This document shows, piece by piece, positions 38,605 to 50,857 of a stretch of DNA of 64,000 nt. The notes beneath the pieces are model-generated. The model saw nothing but the letters and a program-made list of their open reading frames with translations, had not been told where the DNA came from and did not search any database. A program made the translations under genes and the position numbers. Origin of the DNA: Octopus bimaculoides (lineage: Eukaryota); NCBI RefSeq assembly GCF_001194135.2, contig NC_068981.1:21800787-21864786 (forward strand), given 5' to 3'. Positions within the stretch are counted from its first letter, which is position 1, and every line of letters begins with the position of its first letter.

Positions 38605-38840
38605 ATGATTATTTATTAATTAAACAATTAACAAACATCCCTTACAGCTGTTTCAATTCCAGACCTTCAGAAAATTAATTAATTAAATAAAAAATTATTT
38701 GAAAGTCAAATCTCTTCAGAGGTTGACTTTCAAATAATTTTTAATTTAATTAATTTTCTGAAGGTCTGGAATTGAAACAGCTGTAAGAGATGTTTGTCAA
38801 TTTTTCAATTAATAAATAATGATTTATTAATTACCTCTCT
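38605..38840. repeat. Near-perfect long palindrome (TTCA loop at about 38715-38718); second partial copy at 39172-39343
   Basis: cttacagctgtttcaattccagaccttcagaaaatt ... aattttctgaaggtctggaattgaaacagctgtaag. Confidence 0.85.
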
Positions 38841-39977
38841 ATTTTCTCAGGTTATCATTATAATAAATAAATAAATAAATATATATAAACTACGGTTTAT
38901 ATAGTTACCTTGCAGTTGAGTATTAAATGTAATGTTGAATATTCTTTGTATAGGTAACTAACCAGTACTTTCATAGGATTTTGCTATNNNNNNNNNNATA
39001 TATGTATATATGTATGTATATATGTATATGTATATGTAAATATATCTGTATGTATGTGTATATATGTATGTATATGTATATATATCTATGTATATATATA
39101 TATGTATGTATATATAGATGTATGTGCATATACAGATGTATGTACATATATAATGATAAGATGAAAAATTTGAGAGGTAATTAATAAATGATTATTTATT
39201 AATTAAACAATTAACAAACATCCCTTACAGCTGTTTCAATTCCAGACCTTCAGAAAATTAATTAATTAAATAAAAAATTATTTGAAAGTCAAATCTCTTC
39301 AGAGGTTGACTTTCAAATAATTTTTAATTTAATTAATTTTCTGNNNNNNNNNNNNNNNNNNNNNNNNNNNNNNNNNNNNNNNNNNNNNNNNNNNNNNNNN
39401 NNNNNNNNNNNNNNNNNNNNNNNNNNNNNNNNNNNNNNNNNNNNNNNNNNNNNNNNNNNNNNNNNNNNNNNNNNNNNNNNNNNNNNNNNNNNNNNNNNNN
39501 NNNNNNNNNNNNNNNNNNNNNNNNNNNNNNNNNNNNNNNNNNNNNNNNNNNNNNNNNNNNNNNNNNNNNNNNNNNNNNNNNNNNNNNNNNNNNNNNNNNN
39601 NNNNNNNNNNNNNNNNNNNNNNNNNNNNNNNNNNNNNNNNNNNNNNNNNNNNNNNNNNNNNNNNNNNNNNNNNNNNNNNNNNNNNNNNNNNNNNNNNNNN
39701 NNNNNNNNNNNNNNNNNNNNNNNNNNNNNNNNNNNNNNNNNNNNNNNNNNNNNNNNNNNNNNNNNNNNNNNNNNNNNNNNNNNNNNNNNNNNNNNNNNNN
39801 NNNNNNNNNNNNNNNNNNNNNNNNNNNNNNNNNNNNNNNNNNNNNNNNNNNNNNNNNNNNNNNNNNNNNNNNNNNNNNNNNNNNNNNNNNNNNNNNNNNN
39901 NNNCAATAACAAAGGATAAAATTTTAAAAAAATTTTGTCAGTGGCCAGCATATAAAAAAAGACCGATTAAGCTGAAA

Positions 39978-40290
39978 TTATATATATAATTATAATTAAG
40001 GATATAGAACGAAATTTGTCTTGCCTATATGCTGAAAATAGATTCTAAATCGTCTCTCCAATTAAAAAGTCAGAAATTTACATTCGTGCTGAAATCGAAG
40101 CAACAAGCTAACAGAAATTAATAACAATATAGATAACCCTGGATTAGCTAATTTTGAGATTTGCCCAATGAGTTATCCTTCTTCAGCAGGGCACACATAC
40201 AGGAAATAAATGAGATATTTAGCATCTATTTTCAGCCTATAGGCTAGAAAAATTGTTTCTCTATGCCCTTAATTATAATTATATATATAT
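39978..40290. repeat. Inverted repeat, about 70-bp arms
   Basis: 39978-40050 versus the reverse complement of 40214-40290 (tataattataattaagg...gcctata.gctgaaaatagat.ctaaat). Confidence 0.7.
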
Positions 40291-40383
40291 ATGTGTGTGT
40301 GTATATACATGTATGTATGTGTATAATATATATATATGTGTGTGTATATACATGTATGTATGTGTATAATATATATATAATTG

Positions 40384-40834
40384 AAGAAATTGGAGTCAAC
40401 AAGAAGGGGTACAGGTAGATATTCATTTTTTAATCACTACAATTGTTTCAATGCAATGTAGTTCTTCAGGTGTGAAGGTACTTGATTATGCAACTATTTC
40501 CCTGCATTATGAGATCTAGTTGTGTTTCCTCAGGTAATATGTAAATCCCACTACATCTGCACATTCAAAGTAGTCTGCCAATGGCCCTTCAGCAACAAAA
40601 CATCCTGATAAGCTAAGTGGTAAGTTAAGGATGTTCTTGAAGCTGAGGATTTTAAACTTATGGAGACAATGTTTAAATATCACCTGAGGAAACACAACTA
40701 GATCTCATAATGCAGAGAAAGAGTTGCATGGTTAAAGTACCTGCACACCTGGAGAACTGCGTTGCATCAAAACAATTGTAGTAATTAAAAATAAATGTCC
40801 AACCGTACTCCTTCTTGTTGACACCAATTTCTTT
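40384..40834. mobile_element. Foldback element with hammerhead-like motif, about 157-bp arms
   Basis: 40384-40540 versus the reverse complement of 40677-40834; shared tgcattatgagatctagttgtgtttcctcaggt. Confidence 0.8.
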
Positions 40835-40979
40835 AGTTACCTATTCACACATGACAGATGCCCAAACGCAAACCTGTAAGTACGTATAATACTACTACTG
40901 GATAGCACAGACTAAATCTGAAGGTGGACAAGCTCTATACTGTACTCTACTATGTTCTTTATAGAACATCCCATAACTA

Positions 40980-41032
<53 letters not shown>

Positions 41033-42219
41033 GTATGTATACATACATATGTATAAATGCTGCATACATTATGAAAAAGAACTTCATCCTAACCACAACA
41101 ATAACGTACCACAAATGATCAACTGTAAAATTACTGACTTCCTTGTTTACATACTCCAGAGATTTTCTCTAGAAATGTATCTACATTAAAAAAAAGAAAA
41201 GAAAAAAAAAATGCAATATTTGACAATAATTACCATAATATAAATAACTCATTTTTAATGTTTTAAAATATATATAAAATGTAACATAAGTTTGTGCAAT
41301 GAAACCTGTGTGAGAGGAGTGGCGACAGAGACTGTGTCATGAATATATATGGTTATATATGTACATTTACAAATACATATACACACACATATACATATAC
41401 ACACACATATACATATACACTCATACACTAAACATTAAAGTTCTTGATTGCTTGAAATTATCTCCTTTTTTAGAGAGGGCAAACCAATTACTTAATGGCA
41501 ATTGGAACCAACTCCAGTTGAGAAGGGGAAATAATCTCAAGAATGAAAAATTCTCCACAACTGATATACCATTTAAGAAAAGACAATCTGATTGTCTTAA
41601 GTGAAGATAGTACCTGTGGATACATATTTCTGACTCAATAGCTATCCTCAGTACACCCTTATCTGTCTCTGTTATTCAAATATGTGCAATTTTTGACTTA
41701 TTATGCTAATTGCCCCGGCCATAAATGTGTCCTACTTTTTTGTATGTGTGTAAAGTATAAATAAGGTATGACAATTGCTGTGCTGATGATGCCTATTGAG
41801 GCAGAAACACTCACATAGCTATCCTTTGTCTCAGTTATCTTATCCTTAATGGCATGTCTGTTGTGGAGAACTTTTGATTCTTGAGATTATCTGCTCTTCT
41901 TGTTTGGAGATTTGGAGTTGCTATCAGCTGCCAATAAGTGATCTGTCTATTTTCTCTGAAAGCTGAAATAATTTCAATAAATCAACAATTTATCTTGAAT
42001 ATTTTTTTTTTATATATGTATAACTTTCATCTTTGTTGATTAATGAGAGAGAGAGAAAAATATAAATACATCCACACACACATGCGCATGATATAAATAT
42101 TATATGCATACATTATACACACACAATATATATCTAGTCNNNNNNNNNNNNNNNNNNNNNNNNNNNNNNNNNNNNNNNNNNNNNNNNNNNNNNNNNNNNN
42201 NNNNNNNNNNNNNNNNNNN

Positions 42220-42875
42220 TAACATCATCGGCACAATCACACCCTCATACACACCTCTTTTCACTTTCATACTCAACCTTTTATCTCTCAACATACCTTT
42301 CACAACTCCAAGTATCTTACTCCCCTCCCTCACTCTGCTAACACCCATCTGCCATCACATGTGATCCCAGATACTTAAAAACATTCACCTCCTATAGCAT
42401 CTTACCATTTATACTCACATCCATCCTGCCAGCCATTCTCTCTCTCGAGCATCTCATCACCTTACCTTAACTACATTCACTTTCAGTTTCCTCCTCTCAC
42501 ACACTCTTCCAAACTTTGCCACCAGTCTCCTCTGTTGCTCTTCTGGATCTGCCACCAGTGCTGTATCATCAGCAAAGAACAGCTGACTCACCTGCCATTT
42601 CTCTCCATTTACTCCCACCATTTTGGCTCCCCTACCAAGGGTTCTAGCATTTACCTCTCTAACCCTATCATCCATATATAAATTAAACAGCCATGGAGTC
42701 ATCACACAACCCTGTCTTAACCCAACCTTCACATCAAACCACTCACTTACTTCACCACCCACCTTAATGCATGCCCTACTTTCTCTATAAAAACTCTGAA
42801 AAGCTCTCAACAATCTACCATCTACTCTATACAACCACAACACCTGCCACATTGCATCCCTATCTACTTAGATAG
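42220..42875 (-). mobile_element. RTE-type LINE reverse transcriptase fragment
   Basis: VGLRQGCVMTPWLFNLYMD, LFFADDTALV, LKVNVVK, KRGVYEGVIVPMML. Confidence 0.88.
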
Positions 42876-43190
42876 ATGAGATCCAGAGAATCTCAATATA
42901 GAAGACACTTAGTAGTGCTCAAAAGTTCAAACTCCAATGTCTTTACAGGGAACCAATTCTACAGGGTGAAGAATGACTATAAGAGGGACTATTGAGCAGA
43001 TATAGAGGCAGTTATGTGGATAAACAAATTAGATATATTCATCATCATCATCATCATCGTTTAACGTCNNNNNNNNNNTGGGTATGTAATACAAAATATG
43101 TATATATGTATAAATGCAAAATGAGAAAAAGCAAAAAGTGGAGGCTTCCAGACGATGAATATTTAAGTATAAATTTATAAATATTTGTAT

Positions 43191-43560
43191 TAATAGATCC
43201 AACTTACACAGAGTACAAATGACAGAAAATTAAAGGAGTGGAAGAAAGGTGTTGTAAGTCCAACAACTGTTTCTGGGGGCTCAGAGATCTATGATAACAT
43301 TGATAGATGTAGTTCATCATAATATGCATCTGTAATGGAGACAAAAAAAAACAAACATTGGTTAAGATGAACTTTCCTTATCAGGGTAGGGAAGATCTTA
43401 CATTTCAGATCTTAATGCAGAGTTCAAAGATGGAACTACATCTGCCAACATTATTATGGATCACCGAACACACAGAAACAGCTGTTGGACTTATAACACC
43501 TTTCTTCCACCCCTTTAATTTTCTCTGTCATTTGCACTCTGTGTAAGTTGGATCCATTAG
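43191..43560. mobile_element. Foldback element, about 130-bp arms
   Basis: gatccaacttacacagagt.caaatgacaga...gtccaaca.ctgtttctg at 43191-43318, mirrored at 43429-43560. Confidence 0.8.
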
Positions 43561-46500
43561 TATAGATATCTCTATATTTATACTTAAATATTCATCATCT
43601 GAAAGTCTCCACCTTTTGCTTTCTCTTGTTTTGGATGTGTACATATATACATATTTTGCATTTTGTACCTAAACGATCGTATTATATTTTATGCATATAC
43701 ATACATACACACATGCAAACACATACTCATGCGCAAGTATATGTAGATGTTTTGTATTTTTAAACAAAATGCTGTTTTAACTTTGTAAATGATGTTATTT
43801 TATGATTTTTGAACCCCATGTTGTATAATGATATTCCTGTGTGAACATTTTATTCGTTAAACAAAAATATGTGTGGATATTTTTGATACACTTTGTCTAT
43901 GTATGTATTTACCATATATGCTTGAAAATGTTGCTTTGGCAAATGTACAATTAGAAATGTTATATTTTGGTATATTTCTTACGTAAGTATGAAAGAAGTG
44001 CTTTCAGATCTGACATATTGTCACTGGGTTACTGAATATAATTTTTTAGATAAGTCTGTTTGTTTGTACTAATACTAAAATTGATAGAAACGTGTAAATA
44101 CCTGTAATGAAACATATATCTGCATTAGTGGGTGTTGAGCTCCTAATTACAATCAAAGTATTGGTCTATTTAGGTTAGAATAATTTAATCTCTACAGTTA
44201 CTCATGCCAAATATGGAGTGTAAGTATTAACTTAGCTGAAGTTGAGATAAACCACTTGAAGAAATTAAAGGCTCACTGTGTTAAAGTTATAAAGAACTTT
44301 GAAATGTTTAATATGTTGAGATATTGATAATATAATACTTATAATGAGGTTCTTAATATATGTCTCCACATCTGTTGTATCAAATAGGGTATCTGGTAGG
44401 TCTTCGGTTCAGTTATGTAAAATTAGACAGTAGCTATTGTAGAAATATAAATATCATTGAATTTGTGCATGATGTTTAGTTTGGGATGTTCCTCCTATCT
44501 CATATTACATAGGGCCATGGTTAACTGTTGATATCAGTCCTACAAAAATAAACTTATATTTGAAATATAATTGTTGTTGATAATCTTTTATGTTGAATTG
44601 AAGAAATGTTTGATGCAATTCTACTGGTTATCAAATTCTGCAATTTTCCTTTGTTTATTTTTCCTTTTTTTTTTGTGTGTGTGTGTATTTGACTTGCTGG
44701 ATCTGGAGTATTTGACCTTTGCATGTTCTTCAGAACTGGTAAGATCGATGCTGTTAATGATCTGCTAAAAAATGATTCAAACCAATACTAGTAGGAGAAT
44801 CAAGGGCATGAGCAGGAAAGACATTCCAGAGGACCAACATTCTAAGAAAAAGGAACTGAGATTTAATAGTTGTTGCAGGTTTGAAGAGTTGAACACAGGT
44901 GATGATAGGAGAGACAAGTGAGTTGGAAATGCCTGGCAGAATGTGACATGAATTCTGCCACCTCCAAGGGACGGAGATCATAGTAACAGTAAAATAATGG
45001 ACTGTCAACTGGAGCATATCTGTGATTGACTTTATTCTGTGTCTGTGAAATATAAAATGAATACCATATTTTCCTGCAAAGACATTTTAAAGGTAATGAC
45101 AGAATCAGTCAAAACTGAATTTCTGTCTCAATCTGTATTTCCTTCAGATTTTCATCATCTCATCCTTATGCTTCAAATACCTTGTTATCTTTTGTTATGT
45201 ATTTGCTACCAATTAAAAATAAATTTTTAACTTTTTCACTAGGTGCAGGTATGGATATATGGCTAAGAAGCTCACTTTCTAACTATGTGGTTTCAGGTTC
45301 AATCCCATTGTGTGGCACCTTATATATGTGTGTGCATGTGCATGTGTGTGTGTGTGTATTTACCCCACTAACTTCCACTGCATGACAACCGGTGTTGGCT
45401 TGTTTATGTTCATATTATTTATTGAGTCAACAAAAGAGACCTACAGAACAAGTATCAGCCTTAAAAAAAACAACAAAAAATCCTTAAGTACTGGGGTCAA
45501 TTTGGTTGACTGTAACACTTCAAGGTGATGCCTCCATATAGCCACAGTCAAATGACTTAAACAAGTAAAAAATAAGAGGCTGGAAAAACATGTTTTGAGA
45601 GAAAATAAACCGTAAGAAACCAGGGAAATACAGAAATGTATATCATCATCATCATAATCGTTTAACGTCCGCTGTCCATGCTAGCATGGGTTGGACGATT
45701 TGACTGAGGACTGGCAAGCCATAAGGCTGCACCAGGTTCCAATCTGATCTGGCAGAGTTTCTACAGCTGGATGCCCTTCCTAACACCAACCACTCCGAGA
45801 GTGTAGTGGGTGCTTTCATGTGCCACCGGCACGAGGGCTAGTCACACAGTACTGGCAATGGCCTCGCTCAAAAAGGTGCTTTTTATGTGCCACCTGCACA
45901 GGAGCCTGTCCAGCGGCACTGGCAACGACCTCGCTCGAATGATTTTCTAATGTGCCACCAGCACAAGTGCTAGAAGGCAACGCTGGTAATGATTATGCTC
46001 AAATGGTGCTATTTACGGGCCACTAGCACGGAAGCCAGACAGCTGCTCTGGCAATGAACATGCTCGGACAGTGCTGTTAGTGCTCCACTGGTGCAAGTGC
46101 CAGTCATCGAGTATGGTTCAATTACGATTTCACTTGCCCCAACAGGTCTTCGCAAGCAGAGTTTAGTGTCCAATGAAGGAGAGGTTGGCATGGGTGCCAG
46201 TCATTGGATTCGGTTAGATTTCAGATTTTATATAGTTATAGAAAATGTCACCCAGATGTCACAGACAGTGTGATAATTATAATTTGTAAGATTACTTTGA
46301 AATCTTTCAATTAACTTATTTAGACCATCATTCTGTTGACAGCATCTTTAAATGACATTAATTTATGAACAAAGTGACCAACACTTTAGAGATTGGTTTC
46401 AAATTTTGGCAAAAAGCCAGCAATTTTGGGGGAGGAGTAAGTCATTTACATCAACCCCAGTGCCCTTGAATGGATAAAAGGCAAAGTCAGCCTTGGCAGA

Positions 46501-47059
46501 ATTTGAACTAAGGACATAAAGATGGATTATATATAGACGAGCATTTTGTCTGGTGTGCTAACATTTCTGCCAGCTTGCTGCCTTTAACTCTTTACTCTTT
46601 TACTCTTTTACTTGTTTCAGTCATTTGACTGTGGCCATGCTGGAGCACCGCCTTTAGTCGAGCAAATCGACCCCAGAACTTATTCTTTGTAAGCCTAGTA
46701 CTTATTCTATCAGTCCCTTTGCTGAACCGCTAAGTTACTGGTACGTAAACACACCAGCATCGGTTGTCAAGTGATGTTGGGGGGGAACAAACACAGACAC
46801 ACAAACATATACACACACACATACACATATATATATACATATATATGACGGGCTTCTTTGAGTTTCTGTCTACCAAATCTACTCACAAGGCTTTGGTCGG
46901 CCCCAGGCTATAGTAGAAGACACTTGCCCAAGGTGCCACAGAGTGGGACTGAACCCGGAACCATGTAGTTGATAAGCAAGCTACTTACCACACAGCCACT
47001 CCTTGAGATTAATAGAAATGAACAATGTAGAAGCAATATCAAATGGATTATTTCAACAT

Positions 47060-47065
47060 TTTATT
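47060..47065 (-). promoter_or_regulatory. Candidate polyadenylation signal of the minus-strand gene
   Basis: AATAAA on minus about 97 nt after the TAA; AT-rich context lowers specificity. Confidence 0.4.
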
Positions 47066-47161
47066 GTTTATACATACAGTCAGGCTTTAAAAAACAAATT
47101 AGACAAAATACAAAATGGCTGAAAGAGCAACTTTTAAAGTCAGCCTTTACACTGACTATAA

Positions 47162-47267
47162 TTAAAATGCAATAATTATCCAATTAGTTGTTATCATTAA
47201 GATAAGAAGTAGAGGAGACATTTTCACATTTGGTCCAGCTGCCACCCGGCAATGTAAAAGATGTAAC
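47162..47267 (-). CDS. Tandem GPR158/179-ectodomain-like protein, terminal exon with GPI-signal-like tail
   Basis: Minus strand tttcag|G, phase 2; LHLLHCRVAAGPNVKMSPLLLILMITTNWIIIAF-TAA; AATAAA on minus at 47060-47065. Confidence 0.82.
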
Positions 47268-47323
47268 CTGAAATAAAAATAGTATTTTTGAGATATTGTG
47301 ATGTCACTCCTGAAGTTTTATGC

Positions 47324-47675
47324 AATATTGTGTTGAGTCAAAAGTTTTATACAATATATTGGTAACTTATTTGCCTTATTCATCAAGTTTCCACAAAAGC
47401 AGTCTAGCATTCAAAGTAGGGACCACTGTGTTGCACTGTCTGATTTCACCTTTCTGTTAGTTCTTCAACGTCATGCTAATACCAGTTCTTGTCCTTTGAG
47501 GTGAAGAACTCCTTCACTGAAGCTTCCACCCTCTTTTTGTTGATGAAGTGTTGTGAGTGCAGGAAGTGAACCATGAATCAGAACTTTGAACGCTAGGCTG
47601 CTTTTGTTGTAACTTGATGAATAAAAGAAATAAGTTACCAAAATATTGCAAAACTTTTGACTCAACACAGTATTA
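47324..47675. repeat. Foldback element, about 93-bp arms, in the last intron of the minus gene
   Basis: tgtgttgagtcaaaagtttt...ggtaacttattt...tattcatcaagtt mirrored at 47583-47675. Confidence 0.75.
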
Positions 47676-47859
47676 AAAGAGCAGTTTACGTGCATTTAAT
47701 TTGCATCTCCAAACAAGTCATCATCATATCATATCATATCATCCATATTTCATGCTGGCATGGGTTGGATGGTTTGACAGGGTTTGATAGGTCAGAGGAC
47801 TGCATCAAACTCCAATGTTTGATTTGGTATTGTTCCTATGGTTTCTATGACCAAGGTAG

Positions 47860-48075
47860 AGAGCTGGCAGAAACGTTAGCACGCCGGGTGATAATGCTTA
47901 GCGCTATTCCATCTGCCGTTATGTTCTGAGTTCAAATTCCGCTGAGACCAACTTTACCTTTCATCCTTTCGGGGTCGATTAAATAAGTACCAGTTACGCA
48001 CTGGGGTCGATGTAATCAATTTAATCCCTTGTTTGTCCCCTCTATATTTAGCCCCTTGAAGGCAATAAAGAAATA
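47860..48075 (+). mobile_element. tRNA-derived SINE family C; other copies at 11640-11855(-), 19130-19330, 32030-32470, 46395-46585(-), 48810-49030(-), 60210-60480, 63680-63890(-)
   Basis: gagctggcagaa.cgttagc...gttctgagttcaaattc.gc.gagg...ctttcatcctttcggggtcgat.aa.taagtaccag. Confidence 0.85.
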
Positions 48076-48549
48076 TATGGTTTCTATGACCTTCTTAACT
48101 CCAACCACTTTACAGAATGTACTACGTGTTTGTTTCTTTTTTGTTACTGCCACTAATGAGGTCACTTAGCAGTTTGCAAAACATGACCTCATGACTGGGC
48201 AGAAGGATGTGGTATAAAGGGAAAAGGTTTATGTCAGATGTTGATGGGTAAGAATATGGTAGAGGAAGGCAAACAAGTGTCTTGCTGTATAAAAACTTAA
48301 ATCAATATAATTTTTGTTAGTCTCCCAAAAGTTAACCAATCTAAATATATTAAAAAGTTGTGACATCATAATAATGTTTATTTACTGTAACCGACATCAG
48401 GTTCAGTTCTCATCCCCACTCCTGTTTATTTTGATTATCCAGGCTATAATATAAGAGTTCAAGACTGACTGTTCTTGGGAACCCCTGTGTACCAAATCAG
48501 TCAAAGAATTCAGGCAAAGGGAAAGTTCCAAGATCCAAACATGCAAGTA

Positions 48550-48710
48550 GAGTTTAAAACTATGAGAACTGTAAAAGTAAACCTAGAAGATACACAAACC
48601 CTGGTTAATGAAGAAGAATGCAAAATTCTAGTGCCCTTAAGAAATTGGCCTTGTTTGGTATGCAGAAAAGGTGTCTGTCAGTTCCCTAAAGTATGCATTC
48701 AGTATTAAGT
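48550..48710 (+). mobile_element. Degenerate RTE post-RT fragment
   Basis: VKVNLEDTQTLV...NWPCLVCRKGV resembles the RTE RVN..KT / WPC..CRKGV motif. Confidence 0.5.
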
Positions 48711-49569
48711 ATGTATGTATACACCTTTGATGGCAAGTCTGCTCAATCTGACCAAAGGGTAAACAACCACCACCGTCGCTGTCACCGCCACCGCCGCCAG
48801 CACAGCAGCAACAATCCTTTCTACTATAAGCACAAGGCCTGAAATTTTGGAGGAGGGCCAAGTTGATTACATCGACCCCAGTACTCAAGTGGTACTTAAT
48901 TCATCGATCCTGAAAGGATGAAAGGCAAAGTTAACCTCAGGGGAATTTGAACTCGGAACGTAGCAGCAGACGAAATACCACTAAGCATTTCGCCCGGCGT
49001 GCTAACGATTCTGCCAGCTCGCCGCCTTAACAACAATAACAATAATAACTACAACAACAGCAGGACTTATGAATGCCACATAATTGTATGGAATATTTCT
49101 TTGGTCATCAATGTCTGTGCAACCAGCAGTGTACATGCATTGGTTTACAACTGACCTGTTAGAATCATCAACATAAATGCCAAGTCATCATCATCATCAT
49201 CATTTAACGTCTGCTTTCCATGCTAGCATGGGTTGGATGATTTGACTGAGGACTGCTGAAACCAGATGGCTACACCAGGCTCCAATCTGATCTGGCTGAG
49301 TTTCTACAGGTGGATGCCCTTCCTAATGCCAACCACTCCGAGAGTGTAGTGGGTGCTTTTACATACCACTGGCACGATGGCCAGTCAGGCGGTACTGGCA
49401 ATGGCCACGCTCAAAATGGTGTATTTTACGTGCCACCTGCACAGGAGCCAGTCCAGTGGCACTGGCAATGACCTCACTCGAATGTTTTCTAACGTACCAC
49501 TGGCACAAATGTCAGTAAGGCGACTCTGGTAATGAACATGCTCAAGTATTTATTTAATTTACAACTTAC

Positions 49570-49724
49570 CTGTTGGGTTCAGCTCGCATTTTCTTTGACC
49601 ATTCCAGCTCCAGACTGACCCCTTCAAACCAAGTTTGTCCATCTTCAAAAGGATATTCATAACCTTGTTTACACTTACAGGCATAATTACCCAAACTAAA
49701 ACCAAAACCTGTCAGTGGGGAACA
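49570..49724 (-). CDS. Minus-gene exon: EGF-like Cys motif of module 2
   Basis: ttacag|TGT ... AG|gtaagt; 155 nt, phase 0-2; CSPLTGFGFSLGNYACKCKQGYEYPFEDGQTWFEGVSLELEWSKKMRAEPN. Confidence 0.9.
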
Positions 49725-50742
49725 CTGTAAAGAAAAGAGTTGTAAAAAGTTTTCGTCTAATGAGAGCCAACAGTTAGTGCTTGCCCTCAGACATAATATA
49801 CGAATAGTGTGTGCATGTGTGTGTGTTTGTGTGTGTGTGTGTGTGGCAGGGTGAGTGCAGAATATTTTGCTGTCGTTCTTTTGTCCTCAATCATCTCTGA
49901 TTGCACAAACTTATGATCAAGGCCATGAGAATCCAGTCAGATATATAATAGCAGACTCTCATAGTCCAAGAAAGACAATTCTGTAGTTTCTTGCTCAAAT
50001 GATTCGTTTATAGTGATCAAATGTAAGTGCTGTTCATTAGTTCACTCCCTCCAAGAAATTGATGTTGCCTGGACAGGTGCATGGTGTTCCACTCAGTAAT
50101 TGTTGGCGTGGTCACTGAGCAATACAAGATGAAGTGTTTCAAGAATTGAAACTATGATCTTCTGATTGTGAGTACAACATCCTAGCCACTAGGTCATATT
50201 CTCTCACCTGGCACTTCATCACTTACAATGATAAGGGTTCCAGTTGATCCAATCAATGGAACAGCCTGCTCATGAAATTAATATGCAAGTGGCTGAGCAC
50301 TCCACAGACATGCATACCTTTAACATAGTTCTCAGGGAAATTCAGCGTGACACAGAATGAGACAAAGCTGGCCCTTTGAAATTCAGGTACAACTCGTTTT
50401 TGCCAGCTGAGTGAACTGGGGCAACATGAAAAAAAGTGTCTTGATCAAGGATGCAATGCGTTGCTAGGAATCGAACTTGTGACCTTATGATTGTGAGCCA
50501 AATACCCTAACCACTAAACTAGGCACCTCCAGTCTGCTGTCACCACACACACATGCACACATGCACACACGCATGGACATAGTTTAGGGCCTTGAATTAC
50601 TAGAAATGAACAGCAGTTATAAAACTAAAGTGAGTTAAGTGTTGTAATAGATAAAAAAAAACACATTTTTTTCTTATTTTTTCCATAAAACTTTCAAATC
50701 TATAAAACTGTAAAATATATAAATTATATTTAGAAGCTTTAC

Positions 50743-50857
50743 CTTTGTAGATGGTGGACATAAAGCAGTGTTTTTAAAAGCATTAGCAATGTAGAATGGT
50801 TGTTGGCACTGATTAATATCTAAGAACTTCAGGTCTATGTCAACCAAAACAATACCT
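50743..50857 (-). CDS. Minus-gene exon: module 2 DINQC segment
   Basis: ttttag|A ... AAG|gtaaag; 115 nt, phase 2-0; GIVLVDIDLKFLDINQCQQPFYIANAFKNTALCPPSTK. Confidence 0.9.

Noticed and set aside
38998-39343. Second copy of the microsatellite and palindrome block from 38350-38760
   Set aside because: Bounded by gaps on both sides; probably a haplotype or assembly duplicate rather than a real tandem copy
38272-47161. Possible 7TM exons for the GPR158-like gene
   Set aside because: No hydrophobic coding exons with splice sites found, and an in-frame stop with a poly(A) signal precedes this region; gaps (about 38427-38604, 39344-39903) remain unseen
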